This document shows, piece after piece, positions 60,295 through 64,000 of a DNA stretch of 64,000 nt. The position numbers and the translations under genes are program-made. Source of the DNA: an uncultured Candidatus Saccharibacteria bacterium (GTDB taxonomy: Bacteria; Patescibacteriota; Saccharimonadia; Saccharimonadales; 2-12-FULL-41-12). The notes under the pieces were generated by a model. It searched no databases and had not been told where the DNA came from. It worked only from the letters and a program-made list of their open reading frames with translations. The stretch is taken from contig CAMTYB010000001.1 in NCBI GenBank assembly GCA_947085855.1, forward strand, positions 673,421-737,420. Direction: 5' to 3'. Position 1 is the stretch's first letter. Each line of letters opens with the position of its first letter.

Positions 60295-61236
60295 TTATAG
60301 TTGGTGCCATTGCTGCAAGTGATTGCGGGCACGTTGATAAGTTAGGTTGTCGGGCTGGTCGGCGAAGTGGCACAAGTTTGACCACTCGTTGACGTAGGCC
60401 CACGTTTTGACTGTTTCAGTTTCTAGGGCTGCGCCACCGGCAGCTTGGTACGCGGCTAGGGCAGCTTCAAGCATGCGTTCGTCAGCCATGAAGAGTTTAC
60501 GGAAGTCTTGGTGGGGCTCACCGATTTCCATTTCGCTCAAATCGATGACGCCGCGTAGTGTTTTTGTGACAGGATCAATCACCATATTAAAACCGTGCAA
60601 GTCGCCATGTACGACAACATGTTCGTGAGGATGTGATTGGTCAAGCAAACTTTCTAGTTGCTGAACGGCTGTCTGGTACTGTTTGGCTGTCAAGCCAAGT
60701 GTGTCGGAATTCAGGAGACCACTGGCGCTGCGGATACGCTGTTCGTAGTACTCAAGGAGGCTGGTGGTATGCTTAGTTTTTTTCTGCTCGACAATGACGT
60801 GGTCGAGCGCATGGAATTGAGCCAGAAAGGTGCCAAGTGACTGGCCGAGGCGTTCGGCATCGGCTTGGTCAAAACTGGCACGGGTGGCCGGTTCGTAGAC
60901 TTCACCCGGGATGTAGGTGTACGACGTGTAGGCGGGCGTATGGTCGCGCATGATCGGCAGGGCAACTGGCCAACTCTGTTGATTTACAGAGTGCAAGACA
61001 GCGACTTCGTCCTCGAGTCGGGCGGCAGCTGAACTACGTCGTGGATAGCGGTAGACGAGGTCATTGGCGTCATCAATGATAACGTGCTGCTCCCAGCCAT
61101 GCTCAATAATGCGCAAGCCAGCTGCTTCAGCTTCAGCGCGAGCTGCTTGCCAGTTCTGTTCATAAAAATCTGTCGACATAATCTCGTACCTGGTCGGGTA
61201 GGCCCCTGGATTACCTAATATTTCTCTGCTCTGCAT
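60295..61236 (-). CDS. aminoglycoside-phosphotransferase-fold (APH/ChoK family) kinase
   Basis: Brenner motif VVHGDLHGFNMVI and DFxE-type VIDLSEMEIGEPHQDF. Confidence 0.7.
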   Translation of the reverse strand: MQSREILGNPGAYPTRYEIMSTDFYEQNWQAARAEAEAAGLRIIEHGWEQHVIIDDANDLVYRYPRRSSAAARLEDEVAVLHSVNQQSWPVALPIMRDHTPAYTSYTYIPGEVYEPATRASFDQADAERLGQSLGTFLAQFHALDHVIVEQKKTKHTTSLLEYYEQRIRSASGLLNSDTLGLTAKQYQTAVQQLESLLDQSHPHEHVVVHGDLHGFNMVIDPVTKTLRGVIDLSEMEIGEPHQDFRKLFMADERMLEAALAAYQAAGGAALETETVKTWAYVNEWSNLCHFADQPDNLTYQRARNHLQQWHQL

Positions 61237-61240
61237 GGTA

Positions 61241-62521
61241 TCACACCTGTACGCTAGCTTTCACGACGGGCGCAAAAATTTGCTGGTATCGCTGAATGTT
61301 TTGTTTCGGACCAGTGTGCTTACCGGCTACGTCGCTGAGTTTAACGAGGTCAGCGCCACGACCTATATCAGGTACATGGACGTGGGTAGCTTTCATGACT
61401 ATGTTGAGCGGCTTAATGCCTAAGTCATTGGTAAGGGTAGTGCCCCAGCCGTAAACGGTATTGATGCGGCCTTTAAAGTGTTGTTGTAATTGCACGATAG
61501 TTTCGATGTCCAGGCCATCGCTAAAGACAATCGTCTTTTCCAGTGGGTCAATGCCTCGTTCTTCGTAGAAGGCAATAGCCCGTTCGCCAAACTCAAAAGG
61601 ATCAGCAGAATCATGACGTAGGCGACCCCATTCCTCGGCTTGTTCTTGGGTGAAGTCGCTAAAGAAGAATTCGCTTGTAAATGTGTCGGTCAAGGCAATG
61701 TCTAAGTTATCTCCGTAGAGTTCGTTCCAGCCATTAAGGAACTTGCCATGAGATTGGCGAATGTCTGTGCCAGTTGCTTCGGCAATGCCAGCTTCAATCA
61801 TCGGCATTTCGTGGGCAAAGGTACCAATGGGCTTGACGTCAAGCGTTCGGGCTAAAGCCACGTTACTGGTGCCGACGAAGTTATCAGGACACTCGGCCAA
61901 AAGACGTTCTACGACGTGCTTGTGCCAGCGGAGAGAGAAGTGACGACGGGTGCCAAAGTCAGAGAAGAGGATGTCGGGATGAGCCTGCAGGATGGCAATC
62001 TTTTCGCTGAGGCGTCGATCGCCTTCTTCGTAGACGTCTTCTGGATTTATATCGTGGGCTACCAGGTAGTTTTCGAAGTACATTTCGTTAACTTCACTCA
62101 TGACAATTGTTTCCCAAAAAGTAACGAGAGGAGCTTCGCCGACGGTTTGAATGGCTAAGTCATTCAGGTCTTCATCGCGACGCACGGTAACTGGTGGCAG
62201 TTGATTGGCTGCTAAGTAGTCGATGAAATCAGGCGTAAATAAGGTGTCGCCGTCATTCCGGCGTTGCTCAGCCAAGAAATCAAGTTCGTCGGTTGTCCAG
62301 TGTCGCTGACGCAATGCTTCTAAGCGATCGCTGAGCGCCTCAGGGTCTACATATTCAGTCAGATCTTGATCGGCTCGATTCTTGAATGTGAACGTTACAA
62401 CGGCATCAGGATGCTGTTCGTAATGGTACTGACTCATAGTCGGCTTGTAGAAGTCGGTGCCACGAGAGAGGGTTTCGCCTTCTGGCAATGGAGCGTTTAG
62501 GGTTTCGGGTAGGCGTGTCAT
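61241..62521 (-). CDS. pncB: nicotinate phosphoribosyltransferase
   Basis: TDFYKPTMSQYHY...FSDFGTRRHFS...GTSNV...FAHEM...LRHDSADP. Confidence 0.88.
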   Translation of the reverse strand: MTRLPETLNAPLPEGETLSRGTDFYKPTMSQYHYEQHPDAVVTFTFKNRADQDLTEYVDPEALSDRLEALRQRHWTTDELDFLAEQRRNDGDTLFTPDFIDYLAANQLPPVTVRRDEDLNDLAIQTVGEAPLVTFWETIVMSEVNEMYFENYLVAHDINPEDVYEEGDRRLSEKIAILQAHPDILFSDFGTRRHFSLRWHKHVVERLLAECPDNFVGTSNVALARTLDVKPIGTFAHEMPMIEAGIAEATGTDIRQSHGKFLNGWNELYGDNLDIALTDTFTSEFFFSDFTQEQAEEWGRLRHDSADPFEFGERAIAFYEERGIDPLEKTIVFSDGLDIETIVQLQQHFKGRINTVYGWGTTLTNDLGIKPLNIVMKATHVHVPDIGRGADLVKLSDVAGKHTGPKQNIQRYQQIFAPVVKASVQV

Positions 62522-62523
62522 GG

Positions 62524-63177
62524 CTAAACTCCTACTTGCGCGACTGCGCCGTCTACTATTTCTTGAGCAGTCACAAACTGAGCGCCGTGGAGCTTCATTA
62601 AGTCCTGGGCTCGCTTATCGTCGGTAGGCTGCAGGTTGACGGCACGAATGGCATCTCGGATGACATAGACATCGAGCTTGCGGCCATGGTTTTCAAAGGT
62701 TACCTTGTCAGCTAGCTCACAGCCATCAAGCACTGTGGCTTTGACGCAGTAGTCAGTTGCAAGACCGCCAATCAGCAGGGCAACTCGCTCACCTTCTTTT
62801 GGCGTTACGATGTCATAGAGGGTAGTGCCATCAGCTGTTTGGCCTTCAAAGCCTGAGTAGCCATCATCCTCGGTGCCCGTGCCCTTAGCTACTAATACGT
62901 CTTCGGTCTCAACATTCAGATCGGCTCGCAATTGCCCACCTTCGGTATCTTTGACGCAGTGCACAGGCCATGCATTAAAGTGGTTCGTCACGATAGGGTG
63001 TTGGTCTTGGGTGAAGACTACGAGCCCGCCTAGTTCACGTACGCGCTCGTTGACGGCATTGATAGGGGTGACTACTTGGTCGCCTTCGGTTACCGCCAGG
63101 GCGCCCCCTGGGCAGAAGTCATTCTGGACATCTACTACTACGTTAATGATTCGGTCATATTGTTCGGGGTTGTTCAT
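62524..63177 (-). CDS. pncA: nicotinamidase/pyrazinamidase (isochorismatase family)
   Basis: VVVDVQNDFCPGGALAV...QDQHP...K...GLATDYCV, comprising the catalytic D/K/C triad and the metal-binding His. Confidence 0.88.
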   Translation of the reverse strand: MNNPEQYDRIINVVVDVQNDFCPGGALAVTEGDQVVTPINAVNERVRELGGLVVFTQDQHPIVTNHFNAWPVHCVKDTEGGQLRADLNVETEDVLVAKGTGTEDDGYSGFEGQTADGTTLYDIVTPKEGERVALLIGGLATDYCVKATVLDGCELADKVTFENHGRKLDVYVIRDAIRAVNLQPTDDKRAQDLMKLHGAQFVTAQEIVDGAVAQVGV

Positions 63178-63206
63178 CTCTTCTCTCCTAATCTTAGTTA
63201 TTGTTT

Positions 63207-63272
63207 AATTAACACTAAGTGTGTTATTGACCATAATAACTGATACTTAGTGTATTGTCAACACTAATTAAG
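63207..63272. promoter_or_regulatory. operator-like palindromes built on ACACTAAGT in the pncA / histidine-phosphatase divergent promoter region
   Basis: ACACTaAGTGT at 63213-63223. ACTTAGTGT (63245-63253), 7-nt spacer, ACACTAATT (63261-63269). TTAATTAACACTAA at 63207 and CAACACTAATTAAG at 63259. Confidence 0.5.
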
Positions 63273-63283
63273 TTTGATATACT
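63255..63283 (+). promoter_or_regulatory. promoter TTGTCA-17-TATACT for the histidine-phosphatase gene
   Basis: TTGTCA at 63255-63260 and TATACT at 63278-63283. The spacer contains one ACACTAA operator half-site. Confidence 0.5.
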
Positions 63284-63306
63284 ATTTCTAAGAAGGAGCT
63301 ACAGAG

Positions 63307-64000
63307 ATGATATTACCAAGCAGAATGACCATACTTAGACACGCACACTCAGAAAAGAACGAGGCTGAAAAGCTACAACGGCAAGGTCGCTTTGAAGAGA
63401 TATCACCTGAACTATTAAAAATGGCAGACTGGGAAGCTCGTATCTCAGCTAACAGAGGTGTTGAGCAGGCCAAGGTAGCAGGAAGTTGGATAACTGAAGA
63501 TATTGGGCCAGTTGCCCAGTATTATGCGCAACACTATGTTTCACCAAAGATTAGAACTCGCGAAACCGCAGCATATGTGGGTGGGCCGGCTTGTATCTGG
63601 ACGCTTGAAAATAGTCTCATGGAACGAAATCGAGGCACGTATGTGGGAGTACCGTTCAGCGAGCGCGAAACTACTTTTCCGCACACGACTGCCGCACTTG
63701 AGAAAGCTCCGTTCTTCACCCAGTATGATAATGGTGAAAGTATTGCTTATCAGGCAGTCTTTCGGGCAAAGTGGTTTCTTGAACGGGTGAGCCGAGAAGC
63801 GCCTAAGCAACCGATTATTGCTGTTGGTCATGGCGAAATAAACTTAGCATTGCGCTACGAGATCGAAGGTATGTTGCCAGAGGAATGGCAGGCGCTTGAT
63901 AAGGGTAAAAGCGGTGGAATACGTAACTGCGCCATTCTTGACTACAGCAGCATTGATCCTAAGCGTCCCGATAGTGCTGCCGCTGATCGGCCGCACTGGA
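63307..64000 (+). CDS. histidine phosphatase (phosphoglycerate-mutase) family protein, 3' end cut by window edge
   Basis: This ORF is not in the supplied track because it has no stop inside the window. SD AAGGAG (63293-63298) lies 8 nt before ATG 63307. The translation MILPSRMTILRHAHSEKNE...IIAVGHGEINLAL carries the RHxxS and GHGE motifs. Confidence 0.7.
   Translation, partial: MILPSRMTILRHAHSEKNEAEKLQRQGRFEEISPELLKMADWEARISANRGVEQAKVAGSWITEDIGPVAQYYAQHYVSPKIRTRETAAYVGGPACIWTLENSLMERNRGTYVGVPFSERETTFPHTTAALEKAPFFTQYDNGESIAYQAVFRAKWFLERVSREAPKQPIIAVGHGEINLALRYEIEGMLPEEWQALDKGKSGGIRNCAILDYSSIDPKRPDSAAADRPHW

Noticed and set aside
1-64000. CRISPR arrays, IS elements, integrases, prophage structural genes, rRNA
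   Set aside because: No regularly spaced direct repeats, no transposase or integrase-like ORFs, and no rRNA-like sequence were found while reading both strands.
1-64000. Alternative genetic code (UGA recoding, as in some CPR lineages)
   Set aside because: Conserved genes (glyA, pgk, pyk, metG, pcrA, murA/B/D, purD) are full length and uninterrupted under the standard code. TGA also terminates several ORFs at sensible positions (21844, 39283, 40244).

Overview
This is a densely coding 64 kb window on the standard genetic code, with about 74 CDS, six tRNAs that all encode their 3' CCA, and one tmRNA. No rRNA, CRISPR array, transposase or integrase was seen.

The gene content points to a reduced-genome, Gram-positive-like bacterium, most plausibly CPR/Patescibacteria of the Saccharibacteria type. 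That placement is an inference and was not verified. It rests on peptidoglycan genes, an LPXTG surface protein, Rpf and G5 cell-wall remodelling proteins, salvage rather than biosynthesis, and many orphan small membrane proteins.

Housekeeping genes recognised:
- Peptidoglycan: murA (carrying an N-terminal HTH), murB, murD, murI.
- One-carbon metabolism: glyA, folD.
- Lower glycolysis: pyk-pgk-tpiA.
- NAD salvage: a pncA-pncB-kinase-Nudix operon.
- Others: metG, pcrA, rsmA, purD, a 3-methyladenine glycosylase and ssrA.

Most interesting loci:
1. 30279-34797: a LuxI/FeeM-like acyltransferase and a ThiF/E1-like adenylyltransferase sit between an orphan CheY-like receiver and a 7TM sensor kinase. 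This is a candidate small-molecule signalling or biosynthesis locus.
2. 21456-26870: an operon of unknown function ending in a 1343-aa cytoplasmic protein. Its C-terminal third carries the three motifs of SidA/IucD/PvdA-type N-hydroxylating flavin monooxygenases.
3. 38945-40783: an AT-richer three-gene nucleotide-processing cassette next to tRNA-Glu. It encodes a MazG/DCTPP1-like protein, a tandem nucleoside-deoxyribosyltransferase-like protein, and a P-loop protein lacking the Walker-A lysine.
4. tRNA-Lys and tRNA-Glu are each followed about 150 nt downstream by an exact copy of their own 3' end, resembling att-site scars.
5. Many genes have an extended -10 box 7-10 nt upstream of the ATG and no Shine-Dalgarno, which implies leaderless mRNAs.
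6. Several unexplained regulatory repeats occur: twin GGCACAC-N3-GTGTG hairpins upstream of a TerC/DUF475 gene, ATATCGTT repeats upstream of an rpf-like gene, and ACACTAAGT palindromes in the pncA promoter region.

All functional calls come from reading the translated ORFs and recognising motifs. No database search was run.
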